Assembly: GCA_030153785.1 (NCBI GenBank)
Contig: JASKLF010000008.1
Span: forward strand, 23,753-87,752
Source: a bacterium
GTDB taxonomy: Bacteria > Synergistota > GBS-1
Direction: 5' to 3'
DNA length: 64,000 nucleotides
The position numbers and the translations under genes are program-made. Numbering within the stretch: the stretch's first letter is position 1; the number at the start of each line of letters is the position of its first letter. Of this stretch, positions 45,800 through 54,388 are shown piece after piece. The notes under the pieces are model-generated. The model did not search any database. It saw only the letters and a program-made list of their open reading frames with translations, and was not told the origin of the DNA.

Positions 45800-48349
45800 G
45801 TGCAATTGGATACCGAAGTTTATAAACTTTCTCCGGAGGAAGTAATAAACATAATGGGTAGTAACGAGGTCTCGGGTCTCTCTGAAGATGAGGTTAAAAA
45901 AAGATTAGCCACTTTCGGTCCTAATAGGATAGAAGAGGAGAAAAAGAAGAGTCCTTTAACTATGTTTCTTTTGCAGTTTAAAAACCCAATGAGCTATCTC
46001 CTTGGTTTTGCTGCTCTTATAAGTTTTTTAGTGAAAGAGACGCTTGAAGCCCTTTCTATCCTAATTGTGCTTGTAATTAATTCGATTATAGGATTTTTTA
46101 TGGAGTACAAAGCTGAAACAGCTTTAGAAAGCTTGAGAAAAATGGTTTCCGTGAGTGCTCTTGTCCTTAGAAATGGTGAACTGAAAAAGATTTCTGCAGA
46201 AGAAATCGTACCGGGAGATATAGTAGTAGTAGAAGCGGGAGATGTAGTTCCTGCCGACATTAGGCTTATAAAAGCAGAGAACCTTGAAGTAGACGAAAGC
46301 ATTCTTACAGGGGAGTCTACTCCTGTAGCTAAAACTTCGGAAAAGCTTTCGGGAAACTTGTCTGTTCATGACAGAACTAATGTCTTATACGCAGGAACTC
46401 ATGTAGTTAAAGGGAGAGGGTGGGGAGTTGTTTATGCTACAGGCATGAGGACGGAGTTCGGGAAGATATCGAAAGCATTGCAGTTTGTGGAATCTCCCAA
46501 AACCCCCTTGGAGAAGAGGCTTGAATCTTTTAGCTCTTTTATGCTTAAGCTGGTAATTATAATAGGAACCATTATCTTCTTTTTAGGTGTATTAAAGGAT
46601 TACCCTCCTCTTAAGATGCTTGAGACTGCAATAGCTCTTGCAGTAGCAGCTGTGCCGGAAGGGCTCCCTGTAGTTGTGACGATAACTCTGGCAGTGGGAG
46701 TTTACAAAATGGCCAAGAAGAATGCACTAATCAGGAATCTTGCATCTGTTGAAACTTTAGGAAGCTCTACTGTAATTTGTACAGACAAAACGGGAACTCT
46801 TACCGAAAATAGGATGAAAGTTGCTTTTGAATTTTTTATCGACGATTTTTCAAAAAGAAAGGCGTTAGAAGTGGCTGTCTTGTGCAACAATGCTTTTGTT
46901 TCCGATGCTAATTATGTAGGAGACCCTATGGAAGTTGCTCTTCTTAGATGGGCTTTCGAGAATGGGATTGATATTAAAGAGTTGCGAGGTCAAAATCCTC
47001 GGGTTAGGGAAATCCCGTTTGATTCGAGGCTGATGAAAATGATCACGTTTCACAATAATTTTGTAGCTGTCAAGGGGGCTCCAGAGAGACTCTTGTCCGA
47101 TTGCAAATATGTGTATAGAGGACAAAAAATTATGGAACTTGAAGACGGCTTTAAAAGCGAAGTTTTGAAAGCTGTTGGGGATGCCGCGTCTAAGGCTATG
47201 AGGACGCTTGCTTTTGCAACAGGAGAAGACGAAGAGAATCTTGTATTTCTCGGGTTTGTTGGGATAAGAGACCCTCTTCGGCCTGAAACGAAAGAGGCAG
47301 TTGCGAAATGTAAAAGTGCTGGGATAGAAGTAGTAATGCTTACGGGGGATCATTTGATCACAGCTTATGCCATAGCGAGAGAAGCTGGAATAGTGACTGA
47401 AGATGAAGTTAAGCCCCTTAGTGGTGAGGACATTGAGAGGCTCGAAATCGATGAACTCTATGACGCGGTGATGAGATCCAAGGTTGGGGCGAGGATCCTT
47501 CCCGAACATAAACTAAAGGTGGTTGAAACATTGCAAAGTAAGGGGCATGTGGTAGCGATGACGGGAGATGGTGTAAATGATGTTATTGCTTTAAAGAAAG
47601 CGGACATAGGTATAGCTATGGGGATAACGGGTACTGAGGTTGCAAAAGGGGCTTCTGATATGGTGCTTCAGGATGATAGATTCGCTACCATAGTTGATGC
47701 TATTGAAGTCGGGAGAGTTATTTTTGACAATGTCAGAAAGGTAATATATTTTCTTCTTTCTTGTAACATCAGTGAAGTTCTGGCTGTTTTATTAGGAGTT
47801 TTATGGTCAAAGGGACTTTTACTCTCTCCGCTTCAGATTCTCTGGATAAATCTGGTGACAGATGTTTTTCCCGCTTTAAGCCTTTCTTTTGATCCCCCGG
47901 AGGAAGATGTTATGAAAAGACCTCCTCGACCTGTTAAGGAAAGTTTTCTTACAGGAAGGCATTATTTTGGCATCTTTTCTTATGGATTTTTGTTTGCCCT
48001 TTTTTCTGTTATGCTTGCATGGGGTTCTATGGTTTTTAGGGGTGCAGATGTACTTTTAGCCAGAACATACCTATTTCATACTATTGTTTTTTCTCAGATA
48101 CTACATTCGTTTAATCTAAGGGGAAAGGGAATTGTAGCAAAATTTAAAAATATCTTTTCTAATAAGTTCCTTCTTTTGGGAGGCGGTATTTCTCTCCTCT
48201 TACAGGTAACCGTTACTTATTTACCCCTTTTTCAGGACATTTTAAAATTATATCCTTTGCATCTGGTAGATTGGGTTTTTATATTCTTGGGAGCATTTCT
48301 TTCTATTCTCATTGGAAATCTTTTTGAATCGATCTGCTGTAAGGATTAG
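45800..48349 (+). CDS. Cation-transporting P-type ATPase (P2A, Ca2+-type)
   Basis: LTGES, VAAVPEGLP, DKTGTLT, KGAPE, DP.R, TGD, MTGDGVND and QILWINLVTD. GTG at 45800 after aaggagg. Confidence 0.93.
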   Translation: MQLDTEVYKLSPEEVINIMGSNEVSGLSEDEVKKRLATFGPNRIEEEKKKSPLTMFLLQFKNPMSYLLGFAALISFLVKETLEALSILIVLVINSIIGFFMEYKAETALESLRKMVSVSALVLRNGELKKISAEEIVPGDIVVVEAGDVVPADIRLIKAENLEVDESILTGESTPVAKTSEKLSGNLSVHDRTNVLYAGTHVVKGRGWGVVYATGMRTEFGKISKALQFVESPKTPLEKRLESFSSFMLKLVIIIGTIIFFLGVLKDYPPLKMLETAIALAVAAVPEGLPVVVTITLAVGVYKMAKKNALIRNLASVETLGSSTVICTDKTGTLTENRMKVAFEFFIDDFSKRKALEVAVLCNNAFVSDANYVGDPMEVALLRWAFENGIDIKELRGQNPRVREIPFDSRLMKMITFHNNFVAVKGAPERLLSDCKYVYRGQKIMELEDGFKSEVLKAVGDAASKAMRTLAFATGEDEENLVFLGFVGIRDPLRPETKEAVAKCKSAGIEVVMLTGDHLITAYAIAREAGIVTEDEVKPLSGEDIERLEIDELYDAVMRSKVGARILPEHKLKVVETLQSKGHVVAMTGDGVNDVIALKKADIGIAMGITGTEVAKGASDMVLQDDRFATIVDAIEVGRVIFDNVRKVIYFLLSCNISEVLAVLLGVLWSKGLLLSPLQILWINLVTDVFPALSLSFDPPEEDVMKRPPRPVKESFLTGRHYFGIFSYGFLFALFSVMLAWGSMVFRGADVLLARTYLFHTIVFSQILHSFNLRGKGIVAKFKNIFSNKFLLLGGGISLLLQVTVTYLPLFQDILKLYPLHLVDWVFIFLGAFLSILIGNLFESICCKD

Positions 48350-48446
48350 GTTGCTTGGTCTTTTTAAACTCTCTCTGGTGGGGTTAACAGTGACCAGGGG
48401 CGGTTATACTATATACGATACCCTTATTGGTAGAATTGACTTACAC

Positions 48447-48475
48447 TTGACAACAATTTGATACGGGGGTATCAT
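48447..48475 (+). promoter_or_regulatory. sigma70-type promoter overlapped by a CsoR/RcnR-like palindromic operator
   Basis: TTGACA (48447-52), a 17-nt spacer and TATCAT (48470-75). The palindrome TGATAC-GGGG-GTATCA (48459-74) covers the spacer and -10. Confidence 0.65.
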
Positions 48476-48496
48476 ATGATAAGGGAGGGATTTGAA

Positions 48497-49063
48497 GTGA
48501 AAAAGATAACTAGAGATGAGGCTTTGAAGTTAATAGAGAAATACGTTAAAGATAAGAATATGAAGAAGCATCTTTTCGCTGTTGAGGCGATTATGAAAGC
48601 GCTTGCCGAAAGATTCGGAGAAGACGAAGAAAAATGGGCATTAGTGGGGTTGCTTCACGATTTAGATTATTTAGAAACGAAGTCTACATTTGAAAAGCAC
48701 GGCTTTAGGGCTGTAGAAATCATTAAGGAAGAAGGCTATGAGATTTCAGAGGATATGGCGAGAGCTATAATATCTCACGCCTCCCATGATGGATGGGAGC
48801 CTAAAACTTTGATGGAAAAAGCACTATACGCTACAGACCCCCTCACCGGACTAATAGTGGCATCTGCACTAATCCATCCCGCTAAAAGACTTTCCTCTAT
48901 AGACACAGAATTCATTTTAAAAAGGTTTAAAGAAAAAAGATTTGCTGCTGGGGCAAACAGGGATCAAATTAAAAGTTGTGAGGAATTCGGTTTGAAGTTA
49001 GAAGAATTTGTAGATATAGGCTTTAGGGCGATGTTGGGTATTTCGGAGGTATTAGAACTTTGA
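48497..49063 (+). CDS. HDIG-domain metal-dependent phosphohydrolase
   Basis: H...VEA.M, GLLHDLDY, HG, AI.SH, D.LTGLI.A and F.AGA.R. GTG at 48497 after a gggagg SD. Confidence 0.88.
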   Translation: MKKITRDEALKLIEKYVKDKNMKKHLFAVEAIMKALAERFGEDEEKWALVGLLHDLDYLETKSTFEKHGFRAVEIIKEEGYEISEDMARAIISHASHDGWEPKTLMEKALYATDPLTGLIVASALIHPAKRLSSIDTEFILKRFKEKRFAAGANRDQIKSCEEFGLKLEEFVDIGFRAMLGISEVLEL

Positions 49064-49872
49064 GGGTAAAGATTACGATTTTAGTAGAAAACAAGGTTAA
49101 AAGGTTGCCCTTTGGTGCTGTTGGAAGACATGGATTGTCTATGTTAATAGAGTTTGACGATGGTTTTAAATTGCTTTACGATACGGGGCCGAGTTGGGAA
49201 ACTTTGCTTCATAATGCTTCTTTGTTGGGCAGAGCTATTAAGGATGTAAGTATGATAGCTATATCCCATGGTCATCACGATCATGGAAATGATCTAATTC
49301 CTCTCTTAGACTATATTGGAAGAAGTCACCTTCCAGTTGTAGTTCATCCTAAGGCCTTTGATAAGAAGGCTGATATAAAAATGAATTCTACAAAAGATGC
49401 TATTAAGGATATGGAAGCTGATCTGATTCTTATTAGCGAGCCTACTGAGATTCGTGAGGGAGTATGGTATTCAGGAACTGTCCCAAGAATGGAAGGAAAT
49501 CCAATCCATCCTGTTAGAGACGAGGCTACAGGTGAAATTATAGATGAAGTATTGGATGACACTGCTTTGTATTTATTTAGTAGTGAAGGTGGGATAATAT
49601 TAACAGGGTGTGGGCATAGTGGAATAACGAATATCATAAACCACGCAAAGGAAGTATTAAAAATCGACAGAATTCATGCTGTGATAGGCGGGTTTCATGG
49701 TATTGGTCAATCTAAAAACGACCTTGAATGGAGTGCAAAGCGACTTTTATCAGAGGATATAAAAGTTTTAGCGCCGTGTCATTGTTCTGGCTCTCTCGTT
49801 AATTTGTTATCTAATTCTCCATATTTGGTCGATGTAGCCGTAGGTACGGAGTTGGATTTTTATCTCTTTTAA
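49060..49872 (+). CDS. MBL-fold metallo-hydrolase (COG1237-like)
   Basis: HGLSMLIE, LYDTG, ISHGHHDHG, TGCGHSG, GGFH and PCHCSG. Confidence 0.88.
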   Translation: MRVKITILVENKVKRLPFGAVGRHGLSMLIEFDDGFKLLYDTGPSWETLLHNASLLGRAIKDVSMIAISHGHHDHGNDLIPLLDYIGRSHLPVVVHPKAFDKKADIKMNSTKDAIKDMEADLILISEPTEIREGVWYSGTVPRMEGNPIHPVRDEATGEIIDEVLDDTALYLFSSEGGIILTGCGHSGITNIINHAKEVLKIDRIHAVIGGFHGIGQSKNDLEWSAKRLLSEDIKVLAPCHCSGSLVNLLSNSPYLVDVAVGTELDFYLF

Positions 49873-49879
49873 AAGAACA

Positions 49880-50836
49880 ATGTGGTATAAGGTTTTCGTT
49901 TTCTTGCTTGTCCTGGTAGGTTCAATAGGCTTTTTTGTAGATAGTAGTGAGGCAGGTAAGGTTTACTTTTCGCTTGTTACAGGTAGCATTGGAGGGACTT
50001 ATTATCCCGTTGGAAACGCCTTGGCTACGGTAATTAATAAATATGTTCCCGATGTTTACGTTATAGTGGAAACAGGGAATGCCTCGGTAGCTAATTGCTT
50101 ATTACTTAGTAGAGAGGAAGCAGAAATGGCTTTTGTTCAGAACGATGTTTTGGATTGGGCTTATAAAGGGAAGTATTTTTTTAGCAAACCTATTAAAAAT
50201 ATTCGTGTTTTTTCAGCCTTATATCCAGAAACAATACACATAGTTGTATTAAAAAAATCTGGGATCAATACTATTTATGATTTGAGAGGTAAAAGAGTAG
50301 CTGTAGGGGAGATCGGAAGCGGGACGGAGATTAACGCGAGGATATTACTCGAAGAGGCGGGCATTTCTTATAAAGATTTGGATGTTAGGTATTTGGAGAG
50401 TGGCACGGCAGCTCAGTACATGAAGGACGGGAAAATAGACGCGTTCTTTTATACAGTAGGCTATCCTGCTTCTGTAATCGAGGATGTGGCTGCAAGTCAG
50501 GAGATAAAAATCTTGTCTTTGAGCAAGGAGCTTATCAGAAAGGTTAAAGAAAAATACACTTGGTTTGTTCCAGATTTTATTCCTCCCAAAACTTACACCA
50601 ATCAAGATGAAGGAGTAGATACTCTATCTCTTATGGCGGTTTGGGTAGGGCTATCGACGATCCCTTCTGACTTAGTTTATAAAATGGTTAAATCTCTTTT
50701 TGAACATATAGAAGAAATATACTTTGTTCATCCTAAGGCGAGATTTATAAGCCTTGACACAGCATTGAAGGGAATATCTACTCCTTTGCACGATGGTGCG
50801 GAGAGGTTTTACAGGGAAAGAGGTTTGTTTAAGTAA
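49880..50836 (+). CDS. TAXI-family TRAP transporter solute-binding subunit
   Basis: Signal peptide, TGSIGGTYYPVG, T.ASVAN, QND, LYPE, G..GSGTE, DGKIDA and PLHDGAERFY.E.G. Confidence 0.93.
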   Translation: MWYKVFVFLLVLVGSIGFFVDSSEAGKVYFSLVTGSIGGTYYPVGNALATVINKYVPDVYVIVETGNASVANCLLLSREEAEMAFVQNDVLDWAYKGKYFFSKPIKNIRVFSALYPETIHIVVLKKSGINTIYDLRGKRVAVGEIGSGTEINARILLEEAGISYKDLDVRYLESGTAAQYMKDGKIDAFFYTVGYPASVIEDVAASQEIKILSLSKELIRKVKEKYTWFVPDFIPPKTYTNQDEGVDTLSLMAVWVGLSTIPSDLVYKMVKSLFEHIEEIYFVHPKARFISLDTALKGISTPLHDGAERFYRERGLFK

Positions 50837-51266
50837 ACTACAAACATTTTTGGTCTTACTAATTTTATATTTCATCCATATTTTCGGAGATGGGGGAGAG
50901 TTATACCTATTAGTTAACGAGGGAGACCTTTTAGTATTGAGGAGTGTAAATTCTTATACCTTTATGCCAACAGAAGATTACCTAGTTTTTCGGCACGGAA
51001 CCTTGTTGTTTTGGGGAGAAAAAACTTTTTTGGGTGGTCCTGCAAATCCATCGGAAAAGGATAAAAGGGCTATTTCATGTGAGGACGGATCCTTTTTGTT
51101 TTATGGAAATCCTGTTGCTTTACCAAATCCTATCTATGTTAGGGTAGATCAGAGGTATAAAAATGAACTTATTTTTCGAGGGAAGTCTTATAATCTCTGT
51201 CGTTATGTGAAAAAGAAAACTGTAGTTAAAATTGGAATTGTCAAGGTTCGGGGAATGAAAGAGTAG
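50793..51266 (+). CDS. Small exported protein, possibly the DUF1850-like TAXI-associated protein
   Basis: An N-terminal hydrophobic stretch and an S.....P.ED-like segment, in the position DUF1850 genes normally occupy after TAXI receptors. The start is uncertain. Confidence 0.45.
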   Translation: MVRRGFTGKEVCLSKLQTFLVLLILYFIHIFGDGGELYLLVNEGDLLVLRSVNSYTFMPTEDYLVFRHGTLLFWGEKTFLGGPANPSEKDKRAISCEDGSFLFYGNPVALPNPIYVRVDQRYKNELIFRGKSYNLCRYVKKKTVVKIGIVKVRGMKE

Positions 51267-51276
51267 ATAATCGAGG

Positions 51277-51534
51277 GTGGTGAAGAGGGTGAAAAATTCC
51301 CTGAGCGAGATAAGAAAAAAGATAGAGGCTCATCTTGGTGAAAAGGTTAGGGTGAGAGCAAATAAAGGAAGAAAGAAAATCGAGGAAAAATATGGGGTAT
51401 TAGAGGAAACCTATCCTTGTCTTTTCACGGTAAAGATTGTAGAAGCTGGCCATAAAGTTTCTTATAGCTATGCAGAACTTCTTACAAGAGAGGTGGAAGT
51501 CGAGTTGTGTTCGACCCGCCAAAAGATTCTCTGA
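51277..51534 (+). CDS. veg: Veg family protein
   Basis: IRKKIEAHLG..V...AN.GRKK...G.L.ETYP..F.V and SYSYAELLT; upstream of ispE as in Bacillus. Confidence 0.9.
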   Translation: MVKRVKNSLSEIRKKIEAHLGEKVRVRANKGRKKIEEKYGVLEETYPCLFTVKIVEAGHKVSYSYAELLTREVEVELCSTRQKIL

Positions 51535-52379
51535 AGGAAGAAGCGTTTGCTAAGATAAATCTTGGTCTTTGGGTATTAGGAAAGAGAAAGGATGGTTACC
51601 ACGAAATAGTAACTTTCATGCATGAAATTGATTTAAAAGATGATCTTTGGATGTGGAGGAGTGAAACTCTCTCTTTTTTAGTAGAGGGAATGGAGATAGA
51701 GCATGACAATACTGTAACTAGAACTGTTCGAAAGCTCCAAGAAATTACCTCTTTTTCAAAAGGCGCCAAGATTTTGCTTACTAAACGAATTCCCCCTCGA
51801 TCTGGATTAGGGGGAGGAAGCTCAGACGCTGCCGCTGCTATTAGGGGATTCTTGAAAATTTGGAACTTGTCTCTTGATAGAGAAAGGATATTTGATGTGG
51901 CTTCTCAAATTGGTAGCGATGTCCCCTTCTTCTTAGAAGGGGGGTTTTGTCTGTCGAGGGGAAGGGGGGAAAGGATCGAAAAGATAGATTTTTCTTTGAG
52001 AGAAGACTTTTTGGTTCTTCTGGTTTTCCCCGGGATTGGATTACTAACCAGCGAGGTTTATTCCTGGATGGGTTCTTCCTATTCTAATTTGCCAAATGTG
52101 GATAAGGTGGTTGAAGCATTTAGAACGGATGATTGGGAATTTCTCAGAGGTTATCTTAAAAACGATTTGGAAAAACCCGTTTTTGAACGTTATCCCAATT
52201 TACGGTATGTTAAGGAAGTGTTGTTAAGTGAAGGAGCGTTAATTTCACTAATGTCTGGTAGCGGATCTACTATATTTGCTATTTTTGATGGTTCTTTTAG
52301 TCAAATTGAGCAACTAAAGAGAAAGATAGGGAAGGGGTTTTCTTTTATTCTTACACGGTTTAAAAGAAGGAATGGTTAA
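51507..52379 (+). CDS. ispE: 4-diphosphocytidyl-2-C-methyl-D-erythritol kinase
   Basis: AKINLGL...KRKDGYHEI, KRIP..SGLGGGSSDAAA, GSDVPFF, NDLE and MSGSGST. Confidence 0.96.
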   Translation: MFDPPKDSLKEEAFAKINLGLWVLGKRKDGYHEIVTFMHEIDLKDDLWMWRSETLSFLVEGMEIEHDNTVTRTVRKLQEITSFSKGAKILLTKRIPPRSGLGGGSSDAAAAIRGFLKIWNLSLDRERIFDVASQIGSDVPFFLEGGFCLSRGRGERIEKIDFSLREDFLVLLVFPGIGLLTSEVYSWMGSSYSNLPNVDKVVEAFRTDDWEFLRGYLKNDLEKPVFERYPNLRYVKEVLLSEGALISLMSGSGSTIFAIFDGSFSQIEQLKRKIGKGFSFILTRFKRRNG

Positions 52380-52926
52380 GAAAGAAATTAATTTTCGGTT
52401 GTTTTATAAGGTCACATACGCTCTTCTAATAGTTTTATACCTTAACGGCATAAGTTCTGCTTTAAGTATAGAGGTCTACTTTAGCCCTAAAGGCGGTTGT
52501 GAAAACAGGATAGTAGAGCTTATTGACGCAGCTCAAAGTTCTATAGATATTGCCATGTATACTTTTACTAACTCAAAAATAGCAAGAGCCCTGGTTAAGG
52601 CACACGAAAGAGGTGTTAAGATTCGCGTCCTTCTCGACGGGCAAGAACGCCAGAATAGGTATTCTAAAGGAGTCTTTCTTGAGAAAAGGGGAATCTTTGT
52701 CGCTTATGATAGGATGCCAGGTTTGATGCACAATAAATTTTGCATAATAGATGATTCTATAGTAATTACGGGAAGCTATAATTGGACAGCCACTGCGGAG
52801 GAAAAAAATGAAGAGAATCTTCTTGTAATTCATGATGTTGATATAGCTAAAACTTACAAAAATAGATTTGAATATTTGTTGAAGATAAATGTACCTTGGT
52901 GGATCAGGATACTTAAAAGACCTTGA
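52372..52926 (+). CDS. Exported phospholipase-D-like endonuclease (Nuc-like, single HKD motif)
   Basis: Signal/TM segment, VYFSP.GG, IDIAMY.FT, A..RGV.IR, MHNKFCIID and TGSYNWT..A...NEEN. Confidence 0.85.
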   Translation: MVKKEINFRLFYKVTYALLIVLYLNGISSALSIEVYFSPKGGCENRIVELIDAAQSSIDIAMYTFTNSKIARALVKAHERGVKIRVLLDGQERQNRYSKGVFLEKRGIFVAYDRMPGLMHNKFCIIDDSIVITGSYNWTATAEEKNEENLLVIHDVDIAKTYKNRFEYLLKINVPWWIRILKRP

Positions 52927-53446
52927 GATAGTTAGGAAACAGATAAGAAAAAGGATAAGCGGATTTTTGAAGGTTTCTAGAAGATGTAGATGGGGTTACC
53001 CTCAGGTAATAATGTGTTATCCTTTGAAGGAAGGAAAACCATTTCCTACCCTTTATTGGTTGACATGTCCTTATTTAAATAAGTGTATAGGTGAGCTTGA
53101 GAGTAAAGGAGTAATCCTTAGTTTAGCTAAGAAAGTTCAAGATGATATTGGAATTAGGAGAAGGCTAGAGCGGGCCAACAATGAGTATGCAAGAATGAGG
53201 TTTTCTTTATTAAGCGATTCTATAAAGGAATTTCTGAGGGAGAAGTTTCCCTCTTATTTAGAGTCTATCAGAGATAGGGGGATTGGTGGAGTTTCGAGCA
53301 CAGAAGGGATAAAGTGCCTTCATGCACATCTCGCTTACTCCCTTGCAGGAGGAGAGACTCCTGTGGGTGAAGAGGTACTCAAATTGCTTCCTAGCGTAGA
53401 ATGCCTTGACAGTCCTAAATGTGCTATGATAGAATCTTGCAGGTAA
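52889..53446 (+). CDS. DUF501-family protein
   Basis: RC.WG.PQV, PFPTLYWLTCP, LES.G, GIGG and KCLHAHLA. Confidence 0.85.
   Translation: MYLGGSGYLKDLEIVRKQIRKRISGFLKVSRRCRWGYPQVIMCYPLKEGKPFPTLYWLTCPYLNKCIGELESKGVILSLAKKVQDDIGIRRRLERANNEYARMRFSLLSDSIKEFLREKFPSYLESIRDRGIGGVSSTEGIKCLHAHLAYSLAGGETPVGEEVLKLLPSVECLDSPKCAMIESCR
53406..53435 (+). promoter_or_regulatory. Putative sigma70 promoter for the rplU operon, inside the end of the DUF501 gene
   Basis: TTGACA (53406-11), an 18-nt spacer and TAGAAT (53430-35) preceded by an extended -10 TG. Confidence 0.5.
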
Positions 53447-53476
53447 TTTGGGTTGCTAAAGGGGGGTTAAAGGGAA

Positions 53477-53791
53477 ATGTATGCAGTAGTTGAGATAGGA
53501 GGAAAGCAGTACATTGTCGAACAAGGTAGCGTAATAAAGGTTGAAAAATTAGATGCTCCTGAAGGCCATTTTCTGGAAGTTGATAAAATTCTTTTTCTTA
53601 AAACTGATGATGGTAGCCTCATAGGAAGTCCATATGTTGAGGGAGCTAAGGTTAGGTTTAAGGTTTTGGAGCACGGTAAGGATAAAAAGATAATTGTTTT
53701 CAAGTACAAAAGGAAAAAGAATTATAGAAGAAAAAGGGGACATAGACAGCTTTTTACAAAGCTTGAAGTTGAAAATATAGTTCTTTCCTGA
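53477..53791 (+). CDS. rplU: 50S ribosomal protein L21
   Basis: MYAVVEIGGKQY and KIIVFKYKRKKNYRRKRGHRQ. Confidence 0.98.
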   Translation: MYAVVEIGGKQYIVEQGSVIKVEKLDAPEGHFLEVDKILFLKTDDGSLIGSPYVEGAKVRFKVLEHGKDKKIIVFKYKRKKNYRRKRGHRQLFTKLEVENIVLS

Positions 53792-53793
53792 GC

Positions 53794-54108
53794 ATGCTCG
53801 AAATAAGAATTTTGGATAAGAAGGATGCTATATGCGTAAGAGCGGAAGGCCATACGGGTTATGCGGAAGAAGGAAAGGATATAGTATGTGCGGGAGTTTC
53901 CGCACTGCTTCAGACTTTACTTATGTGGCTTGCAGAGGAATACGGTGATAGATTGGAAGTGGAAAAGAGGAAGGGATTTTTGCAAGTTACTTTCCCGGCA
54001 GAAGAAAAAAGTAGATTTGTTTTTTCCGTTTTTTTAAAAGGGTTGAGAGAAATTGAAAGAATTTATTCAAAGCATCTTGATATCAAGGAGGTGAAAAATG
54101 ATGTTTGA
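53794..54108 (+). CDS. prp: Ribosomal-processing cysteine protease Prp (YsxB)
   Basis: GH.GY...[11 protein letters not shown] with the catalytic His and Cys; lies between rplU and rpmA. Confidence 0.93.
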   Translation: MLEIRILDKKDAICVRAEGHTGYAEEGKDIVCAGVSALLQTLLMWLAEEYGDRLEVEKRKGFLQVTFPAEEKSRFVFSVFLKGLREIERIYSKHLDIKEVKNDV

Positions 54109-54388
54109 TTTGCAGCTTTTTGCTCATAAAAAGGGCGGTGGAAGCAGCCAAAATGGGAGGGATAGCCATAGCAAAAGACTTGGGGTTAAAAGATATGATT
54201 TGCAATTTGTGAGAGCCGGGAATATAATAGTTCGTCAAAGAGGGACAAAGATCCACCCTGGTAAGAATGTAGGAATGGGAGATGATTTTACTCTTTATGC
54301 TCTTATAGATGGATATGTTAAGTTTGAGCGACTTGATAAGAAAAGGAAAAGAGTTAGCGTTTATCCTGAACCCATCGTATCGGCATGA
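54098..54388 (+). CDS. rpmA: 50S ribosomal protein L27 with a cleavable N-terminal extension
   Basis: [21 protein letters not shown]...RLGVK and RQRGT. Confidence 0.98.
   Translation: MMFDLQLFAHKKGGGSSQNGRDSHSKRLGVKRYDLQFVRAGNIIVRQRGTKIHPGKNVGMGDDFTLYALIDGYVKFERLDKKRKRVSVYPEPIVSA

Noticed and set aside
45738..45800. yybP-ykoY (Mn2+) riboswitch upstream of the P-type ATPase, suggested by TAAAGGGG
   Set aside because: The spacer is only about 60 nt and lacks the rest of the motif and its helices.
48350..48410. Imperfect hairpin after the P-type ATPase; its minus strand loosely resembles a preQ1-I aptamer
   Set aside because: Pairing is weak and ambiguous, there is no U tract or proper A-rich tail, and no suitably oriented downstream gene. 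A covariance-model search would be needed.
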